Assembly (NCBI GenBank): GCA_965112735.1
Contig: OZ218961.1
Span: 2,046,001-2,110,000 of the forward strand
Length of the DNA stretch: 64,000 nt
From: Phaeosaccion multiseriatum
Lineage: Eukaryota; Protista; Ochrophyta, other classes
Direction of reading: 5' to 3'
The notes beneath the pieces were generated by a model that was given only the letters and a program-made list of their open reading frames with translations, had not been told where the DNA came from and made no database searches. This document shows, in pieces, positions 40,187 to 49,776 of the stretch (positions are counted from its first letter, which is position 1; each line of letters starts with the position of its first letter). A program made the position numbers and the translations under genes.

Positions 40187-42258
40187 TTAATTTCAATTTG
40201 AAATAGCAGTGCGTGGAGTTGAGGAGAGTGAGAGTCTCCAGCCAGGGGCGGGGAAAGTGATGATGAAGGGGAAGTGGTTCCTTCCATGGTGAGAGGGAAG
40301 GAGGAGTGGGCAGTGTGTGAGCCTCTCTTCAGTGCTGCGGAGGGAGGGGCGTGGTGCTGCTCGATCAAGCCCTTCGCAGAGGGAAAGCGCCAAATCTGGT
40401 TATATTACTACGAAGTAAGACAATAAGCTGCTATGTATGGCACCGTGTGTGCGAAACTAGGCGGTGCTTTACCCAGGAGGGGCCGCGCTGTCTGCCCTGG
40501 TCACTCAGTCCTCGCAGTCGCAGGGGTGACCATTGGCGTGCACCCACTGCTTCATCTCCTCGAAGGCGGCAGGGGGCATATCCCATCCACGACCGCCATA
40601 TCCGCTTTTCATGACTTGTGGGCATGCATACCTGTTCCAGGGACACATGACCTCCTCCGATCGGAGCCACTTCAGCACAGAGAGGCTCTTGGCGTCACGA
40701 ACTGCAAAAAAACAGACATTTGCATCCCACCTGCACAGCTCCCGTGCGTTTGCATGGAGCCACTGCAGCACTTCCAGATTGCCTTCCGCGGCCGCCCAGA
40801 GAGCCCCCCACCTCCACCCGGCGGGGTTATCTATCGCCTCCATCTCAGCTCTGACCTTCGGATGATGCAAAAGCATGTCCAACGCTCGAATGTGCCCGGC
40901 CCTTACAGCCTCCTTCCACATATACACAAAATGAGGAGGGCCCTCAAACTCGTCGGACAGCAGCCACGTAAGAATCTCCACATTGCCGCACTTGCCAGCT
41001 TCGGCACAACTATCGCTCAGATCCCACGGGCACCGCTCCTTGTCGGGCAGGTCCTCCACTCGCAGCCATTGGAGGATGCTCAGTGCGCGCCTTTCATTCC
41101 TCACCGCAACCACGCAAACGGACCGATCCCAGGCACACCCCATGCTGTGAAGAGCCTTGCAAATACTCACATCTCCGTACTGTGCCGCAGCCTCAAAAGT
41201 CTTCACACTCAGCGCATATCCGCACTTCCTGGCCCACCTCAAACGCTCCACAGACTCAACCACACTCCTGATCCGCGTTGTCTTGGCCGGATGGAGACGT
41301 CTGTAGTGGCCCTTCCACTCCTTGCTCACCGCCGCTATAAACAAGTCCTGGCCCCCACCAGTCCACTCCATCACACTGATGAGATGTACAGCCTGGGCCA
41401 GGCCCTGTTCACAAGCTTCGAAGGTTTGAGCATCGCTTCCCTCGCCTCCAGCAACAAGGGCAGCGGGAACGGGAGAAGCTGCCACGGCGGCACTGAAACC
41501 TTGCGCCTCCATCGAGGAATCGATGGGTGGGGCTGGCTGGAGCCTTTTGCCACCCTGCTTTCGGCTCGGTCCGTCCAAGTCTTTCGCGGCCCCACTCTGG
41601 ATGACTGCTTGACACGTATGATGGTGTGCCGCGCGCGGCACGGATCGGGCGGGGGAACAAGAAGAACTTTTGCTTTCCTCGCTCTGCGAAGCCTGGTATG
41701 ACGAGGGAAGGGAAGGGGGAGGGGGGATGACAGGAGGGAAATCACGCGCAGTGTGAGCAAAAGGCGGCATCGATACCTCCCCTGCTGTTGGGCCTTTGCC
41801 GAGAACCCCCCCCCAAGAAGAGGGGGAAGGAAACTCGATGGACTCGATCACATCTCCCGCCCAGCACGGCCTCGACTGCTCTTAGCCTCCTCCAGCCTGC
41901 ATTCTTCAGCGCCACACTCCTACCTGCTTCTTGGTCGAAGAGGGACGGAGGGATAATTGTGGAGCGGGAAAGAAAGAAATTATGGAGAAAAGCCAGCCAG
42001 GCATGTTGGTTGCTCGGAGTCGGCCCTGTGATCAGATCAGAGGGCGTTTGGCGGGACGACGGCCGACCTTTCGAACCTTTGGCTGCAGCCTTGCAACTCT
42101 CTGCCTGGATCGCTCTTCCCTCCAGCATCCCACCTACGACCCCTTCTCTTTGTGCTGCACTCTATCTCATATTGTCTGCGGCCTTTCTTCCCTTCTTTTG
42201 CTACTGCTGTTGTGCAGACACTTGACTTCAACAAACAGCAAGGTACACATGTTCTTTT
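40187..42258. repeat. Segmental duplication unit A' (contains repeat R copy 3 at 40266-40399)
   Basis: Colinear with 27792-29902. Confidence 0.93.
40505..41512 (-). CDS. Intronless F-box-like plus CPW-type ankyrin-repeat protein, paralog 2
   Basis: Same architecture as 28121-29134 with an intact frame and two in-frame indels in the repeat region. Shared ATG at 41512; the ORF is open upstream to 41851. Confidence 0.85.
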   Translation of the reverse strand: MEAQGFSAAVAASPVPAALVAGGEGSDAQTFEACEQGLAQAVHLISVMEWTGGGQDLFIAAVSKEWKGHYRRLHPAKTTRIRSVVESVERLRWARKCGYALSVKTFEAAAQYGDVSICKALHSMGCAWDRSVCVVAVRNERRALSILQWLRVEDLPDKERCPWDLSDSCAEAGKCGNVEILTWLLSDEFEGPPHFVYMWKEAVRAGHIRALDMLLHHPKVRAEMEAIDNPAGWRWGALWAAAEGNLEVLQWLHANARELCRWDANVCFFAVRDAKSLSVLKWLRSEEVMCPWNRYACPQVMKSGYGGRGWDMPPAAFEEMKQWVHANGHPCDCED

Positions 42259-42310
42259 AATTAGTACCTGTAGTATTGTACCTGTTCAAGAGCACTCGAG
42301 GAGTCGTGGG

Positions 42311-43609
42311 CCTGACCCTGACCCTGGTGACCCTGACCCCGACCCCGGCCGACCCTGACCCTGACCCTGACCCTGGCTGACCCTGAACCGCACCCTGACC
42401 CTGGCTGACCCTGACCCTGGCCCTGACCCTGACCCCGACCGTCACTCTTCCTAGACGGGCTGAACGCGAGTGAGCAGCTTCTCGTGCCCGGCAGCGACCG
42501 TCTCATCAACTACATGGCAGGTGAGTGAAGCCTGACTAATAGCGACGTTCTGGCTGGGCCTGCTTCTATGAAAAGGGAGAGGTTTTCCAGCAGCCTCGCC
42601 CCCTCTTGGCTCGGCCTTCCCCTTGCTGACCTTATTGGAGTGGGCAGGCTCTGATGGCACTTCCGCGTGACTGCAGCTCAGTGCCCGCAAACGCATAGAG
42701 AACTGGCTGTAGCGAGGGAGATGCTGGCTGAGCAAAGCAGAGCCGCACCCACTGCCGCCCCATCCACTGCCATCCCCTCCGCTTCCACTGCCATTCCCAT
42801 CCACTGCCATTCCCATCCACTGCCATTCCACCCCATCGCCTCCAAAGACATGGGAGAGGTTCGCAAGCAGTTCGAGCGTCTGCGCGAGATCGAAGGGATG
42901 GAGCGCAGGGTCGTGGACATGGCCAACCGCGAGAGAGAGAGGTCAGTCAGTGTTAGTCAATGTCAGTGTCAGTGTCAGTGTTTGTGCCAAGTGCAATGGC
43001 CAGAAAGGTGCTGCTCCATGCCATCGGCGGCTAGAAGGGCTTGTTGACCTATCCCCATTGGTAGACCTCATCGACGCGGAGACTGCTCTGCTACTGTATC
43101 ACCAGCTGCTCTCCGGAGCACAAGGAGAGTCTTCGCTTGGGCCTGGGCCATCCCTCGCGTCGGTCTGCCTCTCACCACCCCACCCCACCCGACCCCGCTT
43201 AATCCCACCCTCAAACCACCAACCAGGTTAAGATAGAGGCCCGCAAGGGTGGACTCGCGCTGGCTGCAGAGTCCGAACAGTACGACAAGACCGAGGAGCT
43301 CGACGGCCTCGGGAGCGAGGAGCAGCAGCAAGAGAAGGGCAACCGGTTTAACACCGTTGTTGGGGAGGGAGGGAGGGACTGGGGCAACGAAGACGACGAG
43401 GAGGAGGAAGAGGACGAGGGGGAGGAGGAGAGCACAGATGGCACTTGATGACGGAGGGGAGGGGGGGGGGGTCGCTATAGATAGTGTCTAGCAGATAGAA
43501 AAAGGGGGGCAATGGCAGCGAGCGAGGCAGGCTTCCGGTGGCAGTTGATCGGCAGTTGGTTGGACGCGAAGGTTGGAGGAGACTCTTCCCTTCAAAGAGT
43601 ACATGTTAA
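42311..43609 (+). pseudogene. Duplicated 3' fragment (last exons and 3' flank) of the 30268-40014 gene
   Basis: Near-identical to about 38810-40164 (EQL.VPGSDRLINYMA, GEVRKQFERLREIEGMERRVVDMANRERE, VKIEARKGGLALAAESEQYDK). All upstream exons are absent and the copy starts in the CCCTGA array. Confidence 0.85.
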
Positions 43610-44291
43610 CATCATAATACAAACTTTATGAAGACAAGGAAGTAATGAGCGGCTGGGGATTGGGGGGATGGGGGTGACGAGGGCCTTGGAGGATGGCCAC
43701 TCCTGTTGCACTGGCTGGGATATATACATAGAACAAAAGAGGAGGAGGGAGGAGGAGGAGGGAGGAGGAGGAGGAGGGGGATGAGGGGGAAAGGGGATAC
43801 GTTGCTTAGCGCCATCGCCTGCGGGGAAGGCGGCAGTAAAGACGGTCAGAGAGCAAGCCGAGCGGCAGACGCTCGGCGATAGATCGAAAACGAGTTTTCA
43901 GGAAGTGGGGAGTGGGAGAGACCAAACCCGGTAGTAGGGCGGCGGTTGGCTGCTTGAGACCCGGCCGCATCTCGGTGGCCCTAGTGCGGCCCGGCCGGGT
44001 CACGGGCACCCTCCTAGCTATGGCTGCCTTCGTGGCTCTCGAGTGCCTTGGCGCTCGCTCGGAATAGACTTTTCTTCTGGGGGTGGCTGGCGGCGATGCC
44101 CCCTTTGTTGTGGTCGCCTGCTTGTCTCGTTACAGTAGATTACGTACTATACTATGGGTGTATAGCAAGGTGAAAATAGGTCCAGCTGTTGTAGGTCGAT
44201 GCCATTTGTGATATGCGAATTACTTACGCACGTCGTTAAGGAACCTGGGTTCCCCTCTCAGAGCCTGGTTGTGTAAGGACAGAGCGGCCAG

Positions 44292-44389
44292 CAGGCTTGC
44301 TCTCGGGTTGTAAATAGTCAATCAGACTACTAGACAAGTGTGAGCTACTGGAATGTGTATTGATACAGCTTAACCCGAGAGCAAGCCTG
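44292..44389. other. Perfect 18-bp inverted repeat enclosing a 62-nt loop
   Basis: CAGGCTTGCTCTCGGGTT (44292-44309) is the exact reverse complement of AACCCGAGAGCAAGCCTG (44372-44389). Confidence 0.9.
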
Positions 44390-44529
44390 GCTGCGGAAGT
44401 AGGGTTTACAACCCTCCTTCCCTGCTATCCATCCTCTACAATCATTGTGTTCGTCTGCCCGAGGCCTGAACACACCAGCCAGGTGAAAGAAAGGAAGCGC
44501 CACACCTCCTAGTCCCCCTCTTATCGGAT

Positions 44530-44695
44530 TATCCGCTATCCGCTATCGCCGGCGCCAGCCGGCGCGCTATCGAGAATGTGGGCGATAGTGCGTCAGGGGT
44601 CGACTATCCGCTATCGCCGGCGCGATCCGCTATCCGCTATCGGCTAGACTAGCGCGCTATCGAGAATGTGGCTGGGCGATAATGCGTCAGGGGTC
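44530..44695. repeat. Two imperfect 70-90 bp direct repeats built from CGCTATC motifs
   Basis: TATCCGCTATCGCCGGCGC...GCGCGCTATCGAGAATGTGG..GCGATA(G/A)TGCGTCAGGGGTC at 44530-44601 and 44605-44695. Confidence 0.85.
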
Positions 44696-45219
44696 AATTA
44701 TCACCCTTCTAATCTCCCAACTGTTCTTTCCCAATGGTCAGGGAGTTGGACATGATTATGTCATACGCCGACCATTATCAGTAATCATCAGACCTGGGGG
44801 AAGAAGAAAAAAAGAGGAAAGAGGAGGAGGAAGCTTCTATATTACACCCTTAAGTGCCATCTATGGTTGTCTAAAAGTAATATCTCACCCGCCGGCGAAC
44901 TTAGTCCCCGAGGTCGTATCCCTCCGATGCGTCAATTCTCCCCATCGGAATAAAGTTGATACCAGCCAGGATCCTATGTCGAATCGAGCGTTCGTGTCGG
45001 GCCCGCTGGAGCGCGACGGCCAATCGCCGCCGAATAACGCAAACAGCCCTCGGGAAGAGGAGAAGCCGTACGCTTGCCATCTGTGACTCTTGAAGCACCA
45101 AAACCCACACTTGCTTGTTTCACGTGGTGCCGAGGGAAGGTATTGTCAGTTTTTTTCGCAGCTACAGCGAAGAGCGTGCGGTGCTGGTGCTTCTGCTTGT
45201 CACCCCCATAGAATCAGCA

Positions 45220-46806
45220 ATGTCTGCGCCACAATATCCTGCTGATGTGGCTCGGAGAAGTACTTTGGGGACGGCGGGGTTGAGAGTGGTGGCCGGCCTT
45301 TTCACGATGGAGAAAGCCCTGTGGGGCGTGAGCAGGGAGGTGGATGAGGTCACCTCCCGCACTCTGGTGATCAACGCCGAGATGCCTGAAGACGTCCAGC
45401 AGCGTATGCTGAGCATCCTGGAGCAGCAGCAAGCGCATGAAGGAAAATGCCACACTCTTCTTGGTTCTTCCCGGCTGCGGAGGTGGGGGGTGCGGGGGGG
45501 GGAGCAGCTTGAATGCGCGCAGGGGCAGCGAAGTCAAGAAGCTGGACTGAATGGGAGGAGAGGCTTCTTCCGCGCCGCCGCTGTGCTCCTCGGTCTGAGG
45601 AGGGGACTTCCCGAACTTACATGTGCGGACGAGGCCCTCGTGGCGAGGGCCTTGGTGCTATTGCCCAAATCGATCAAGCGCGTTTGTTTTTCCAACTTTT
45701 TCAATCAGCACGTGGCGGTGCCTAGCACAGTGGAGGAGTTAATAGTCGGTTGGCGATACAATCGGCCAATTGCTCTCCCACCCTCTCTGCGGAAACTCAT
45801 CTTTCTCAACGGCGCGGTGTTTGACCAGACGATTGGCCTCTTGCCGAGTACGCTGGAAGTAGTGGTATTTCCCTCGAGATTTGATGAACCCGTTGTCCTT
45901 CCGAGCTCGCTCAAGGAGGTGGAGTTCGGGCTGTATTTCGATCGCCCAGTCGTTTTCCCTCCTTCGGTGAGGAAGATACGCTTTGGTCAGAACTTTAATC
46001 GAGCAAATGTGGTCCTGCCAACCTTGCTGGAGGAACTGGTCTTGGGTCTCCGCTACTCTCAGCGCATCGTCTTGCCGTCTTCGCTCAAGAGGATCACATT
46101 CGGATCATTCTTCGATCGTTCTGATGTCACTCTTCCGAGCTCGCTGGTGGAGATTGAGCTAGGTTTTCACTTCAATCAACACATCGTCTTTCCTGCGTCG
46201 GTCAAGAAGATTACCATGGGGGCGTTTTTTAATAGGCCCGATGTGGTCTTGCCCGGGGGGCTGGAGGAGCTGATTCTGGGTGATCGGTTCAACCAGCCCA
46301 TCGTGCTGCCCAGGTCGCTGAAGAAGCTCACCTTTAGCTCTCGCTTTAATCAGCCACTGGACCTGCCACCTGCGCTCGAATCGCTGGTCTTCACGTACGG
46401 CTTTCAAGAGCCTCAATTCAACCTCCCTCTGGACCTCCCTGCTTCTCTTCGGGTTCTCAGCCTGGGAAGGGCGTACACCCACCCCTTGGAGAGTCTGCCG
46501 GCTGGCCTGCAATGGCTTGGGATTGGAGACCACTGCCGGCTGCCTGCGCATCTACCCGAGGGGCTCAAGGTGAACTACCTTGGGCCTCCGTTGGCACCCT
46601 ACGATGGGCCCTCTTACCGGCACCCCGACGATTCCGATTCCGATTCCATGGACGATGCCTTCTCCGATCTCGAAGGGGGCGTGGACAATCGAATCGTCAG
46701 TGCAGACATCTGGGCGCTTCCCATGGTGACGTACCCCGCACTTGCCTACTCCGGGCCACACGAAAACGAAGCTTCCTCCGCCCACCGCGACGAACTGTAT
46801 TTATAG
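45220..46806 (+). CDS. Intronless FNIP-type leucine-rich-repeat protein
   Basis: About 14 units of F(N/D)xPxxLPxSLxxLxFG (e.g. RFNQPIVLPRSLKKLTFSSRFNQPLDLPPALESLVF). First ATG at 45220, stop at 46806. Confidence 0.9.
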   Translation: MSAPQYPADVARRSTLGTAGLRVVAGLFTMEKALWGVSREVDEVTSRTLVINAEMPEDVQQRMLSILEQQQAHEGKCHTLLGSSRLRRWGVRGGEQLECAQGQRSQEAGLNGRRGFFRAAAVLLGLRRGLPELTCADEALVARALVLLPKSIKRVCFSNFFNQHVAVPSTVEELIVGWRYNRPIALPPSLRKLIFLNGAVFDQTIGLLPSTLEVVVFPSRFDEPVVLPSSLKEVEFGLYFDRPVVFPPSVRKIRFGQNFNRANVVLPTLLEELVLGLRYSQRIVLPSSLKRITFGSFFDRSDVTLPSSLVEIELGFHFNQHIVFPASVKKITMGAFFNRPDVVLPGGLEELILGDRFNQPIVLPRSLKKLTFSSRFNQPLDLPPALESLVFTYGFQEPQFNLPLDLPASLRVLSLGRAYTHPLESLPAGLQWLGIGDHCRLPAHLPEGLKVNYLGPPLAPYDGPSYRHPDDSDSDSMDDAFSDLEGGVDNRIVSADIWALPMVTYPALAYSGPHENEASSAHRDELYL

Positions 46807-47084
46807 TTTGTTGATGTTAGAATTTTAAAAAATATGAAGTAATGATATTTTAGGGGATGGATCCGAATTGTAATATGCGAAGCGACGCTGCTATCTTGTC
46901 TTGTCTTGGTGTATAGATCCTCTACTTAGCTGTTGTTTCGCCTACAATCGTGCATTTGTAGTCTTGCTTTTGGTTCCGAGAAGAGATATCGAGGAGAGTC
47001 TTCGGTCGTTTTCGAGAGACCACAGAGGCTCGTGTTGGTCATCCAAACGATTCGAAAAGGGGCGATTGCTTCAAAAATTAGGTC

Positions 47085-47855
47085 ATGGTGCTGCGTCACC
47101 ACCTGCCGCGAGAAGCCTCATGCCCGCCGACTCCGAGCGGCGCGGAGACTGTCTTCATCTCCCAAAGGCAGTCTGTCCCTACCAAGGATATGCGCATCCT
47201 ACCCTGTGTCCCGATGGCTTTCCGAACTGACGATGGCCTTCGCCACGGCGCCCCGGGATGCTTGCTGCTCTGCGATGCCCATAATCGTCGCTATGGACTG
47301 GACGAGCCGCTTCGCTGGGGACAGGCGCGAAGCGATGAAGGCGATGGGGAGCTCGCGAGGCCGAAGCTGCTAGCCGATAGCCCATCTGAAGAGCAGTCAT
47401 GCGCCCTCTGGGGGAACGTCGCGCTGTCTTTGGGACATCCCGCGATGCTGGCGAGGGTGACGGAGAGCAGCGCGGCTTGTCCTAAGTACAATCGCTGCCT
47501 TCCAAGGGAGAGTGACATCCGATTAACGCCCGTGACGAGTCGACAGAAGGGCGCGAGTGGCGGCAGAAAACACAGCGCGAGTACCGTTGTCACCAGCGTC
47601 AGCGACAGCAGCAACAGCAACGCTAGCACCAGTACCAAGAGCAAAAGCACCAACGACAGAGGGAGAAGCAGCAGTAGGCGGCGGCAGGGCGGTCTCAAAC
47701 GCAAGCTGCGGAGCGCTTCCTCGGGGGCGAAAGGCTCGAAGGCGGAGGGGAACCGCCAAATTAAAGGGGTAGACGTGGACAGATCTGGCGAGGCTCGTCG
47801 TCCCATCGCTTCTTCGAGTCGCAGTAGAAGGCCCCTGCCTCTCCTTCTTCCTTCC

Positions 47856-47886
<31 letters not shown>

Positions 47887-49735
47887 CCACCAGCAGCTTC
47901 GGCTTCTCAAGCGGCGGCGCAGTCGACATGACCGAGCCGCTGCTGGACCACCAACTGCTACTGCTGCGACAGTCCGACTCCTCTGCCTCGCTCTCTTGCA
48001 GCCCGACACCGAGACCACACGGCCCCGTGTGTGTATCCTCGACCTTGACGGCCCCCCAAGCAGAGTCGGGAAAGGCGGAGGCGGACATAAGTAAGACGTC
48101 GTGTCCAAAGCGAGAGACGGGGTTGACCTTCGTCCACACGCGGCTGGGAGAGGAGGGGGAGGAGGGGGCGGGGCAAGAAGGACGCCTTGCTCCTGCTGTG
48201 CCTCTCGAGCCGCTTCCTCTCTCCCTCGCGCAACTTCCACCCCTTGGTCTGCTGCAACTGAGCCTGGGAACAGGAGGAGGAGGAGGAGGAGGAGGAGGAG
48301 GAGGAGGAGGAGGAGGAGGAGGAGGAGGAGGACGAGGAGGAGACGGCGGCGGCGGAGGAGGAGGAGGAGGACGACGAGGAGGAAGGGGCGGCTCGGAAGG
48401 AGAAGACGGAGGGGTAGAGGCACCACAGTGGCCATGGTGGCGATGGGGGCGGTCGCAGCAGAGAAGCTCAAACTACGATAGCAAGCAAGGGCAGCAGCAC
48501 CCCACACAGCGGCGACAGCAGCAGCAGCAGCAACCACCGCCACTGCCACCACCACTCGTCACCCGCCCCTTCGAGCATGACCTTTTCTCTCCCCTGTTGC
48601 AGGGGGGAGTCAAACCATCATCATCGTCATTCTCGCAGCAGGTGTCGTCCCATTCTCACCCTCATCCCGCCGAGGAGAGGAGGAGGGGCTTCTCCTGGAT
48701 GACACAGGCGGGTGATTGCGAGCAGGAGAAGGAGAAGAAGAAGACGAGACGGGAGGAAGAAGGGGAGGAGGTGGAGCATCGCTGCTTCGTCGACTCTGCT
48801 GAAAGTGTGGTGTCGGTGCCCATCGACGGCGCCCCCCTCTGCGTGGAAGACCATCACTCCTGGACGTCGCGTACCACAGTCATGGGAGCCACAGCAGTTG
48901 GTGGTACAGCAGCAGCGGCGGCGGCGACGACGAGGAAGACTACGCCGCGCCCGTTCCGCGCTGGCCCTGAGCAAAGGTCGTCCTGTCCAGCATGGGTCAA
49001 GCAGACAGCCACACGAGGAGGAGGAACAGGAGCAGGAGCAGGAGGAGGAGGAGGAGCGGTAGGAGGACAGGGATACAGGGGGACTAAAGATTCTCTCTTG
49101 CGCCTCCTGAGACCTGCCGCGAGTGTGAGCGCGTACGTGAGAGGCAGCGGCGACAGACTGAAGATCAGGGGAGGTGCGGACGACATCAAGAGTCTCATCG
49201 CCCTCCGCCCCATCACCTCCACCTCCATCGCCGTCGACAAATGTGATAACAGTCCCGACACTAACAAGCCTGCGCCTGCGACACTGTCCAAGGCATTCCT
49301 CCATGTCATCGGTAAGCTTAGGGGAGGCACGCACGCACGCACGCACGCAAGTGGAGGTGTCGCAATTCATCATTCTGCCGGTGTGTTCTGGTACCTTCCC
49401 CCTTTGATAGAGGCAACGCAACTAACTGAAGATGCAAGCAGGGCATACCGCGCCTCAAATTGTACCACCAACAAGCGTAGGAAGGAGTGAGAGGAGGGGA
49501 GGGGACTGCTTGTTCGCTCCGATATCATCGTTGGTTTGGTGTGTGTGTGCGTGTGTATGTTTGTGTGTATGTGTGTGTCTGTTTGTGTGTGTGTGTGAGA
49601 GAGATAGTGTGTGTGTACAATGGCTTCTCCATCATGTATTCACCCCGACCCTCTCTTTGGCGCATCGCCTTCCCCGCCTCTCTCTCTCCCTTTCTCTCTA
49701 TCTCTCTCTCTCTCGCTCTCACTCTCTCCCTCTCC

Positions 49736-49776
<41 letters not shown>

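Noticed and set aside
40187-42260. piggyBac-like element, since unit A' is bounded by TTAA at 40187 and 42257
   Set aside because: No CC..GG terminal inverted repeats, no transposase, and copy A lacks the right-hand TTAA.
44310-44335. Hammerhead or group I ribozyme core in the hairpin loop
   Set aside because: Reverse-strand CTGATTGA does not fit CUGANGA, no matching GAAA arm was found, and the segment is too short for a group I core.
46780-46806. RDEL ER-retention signal in the FNIP protein
   Set aside because: Not C-terminal (followed by YL) and no signal peptide from the ATG at 45220.
27792-47000. Integrated giant-virus genome
   Set aside because: No NCLDV hallmark genes, and a spliced host-like gene lies in the middle.
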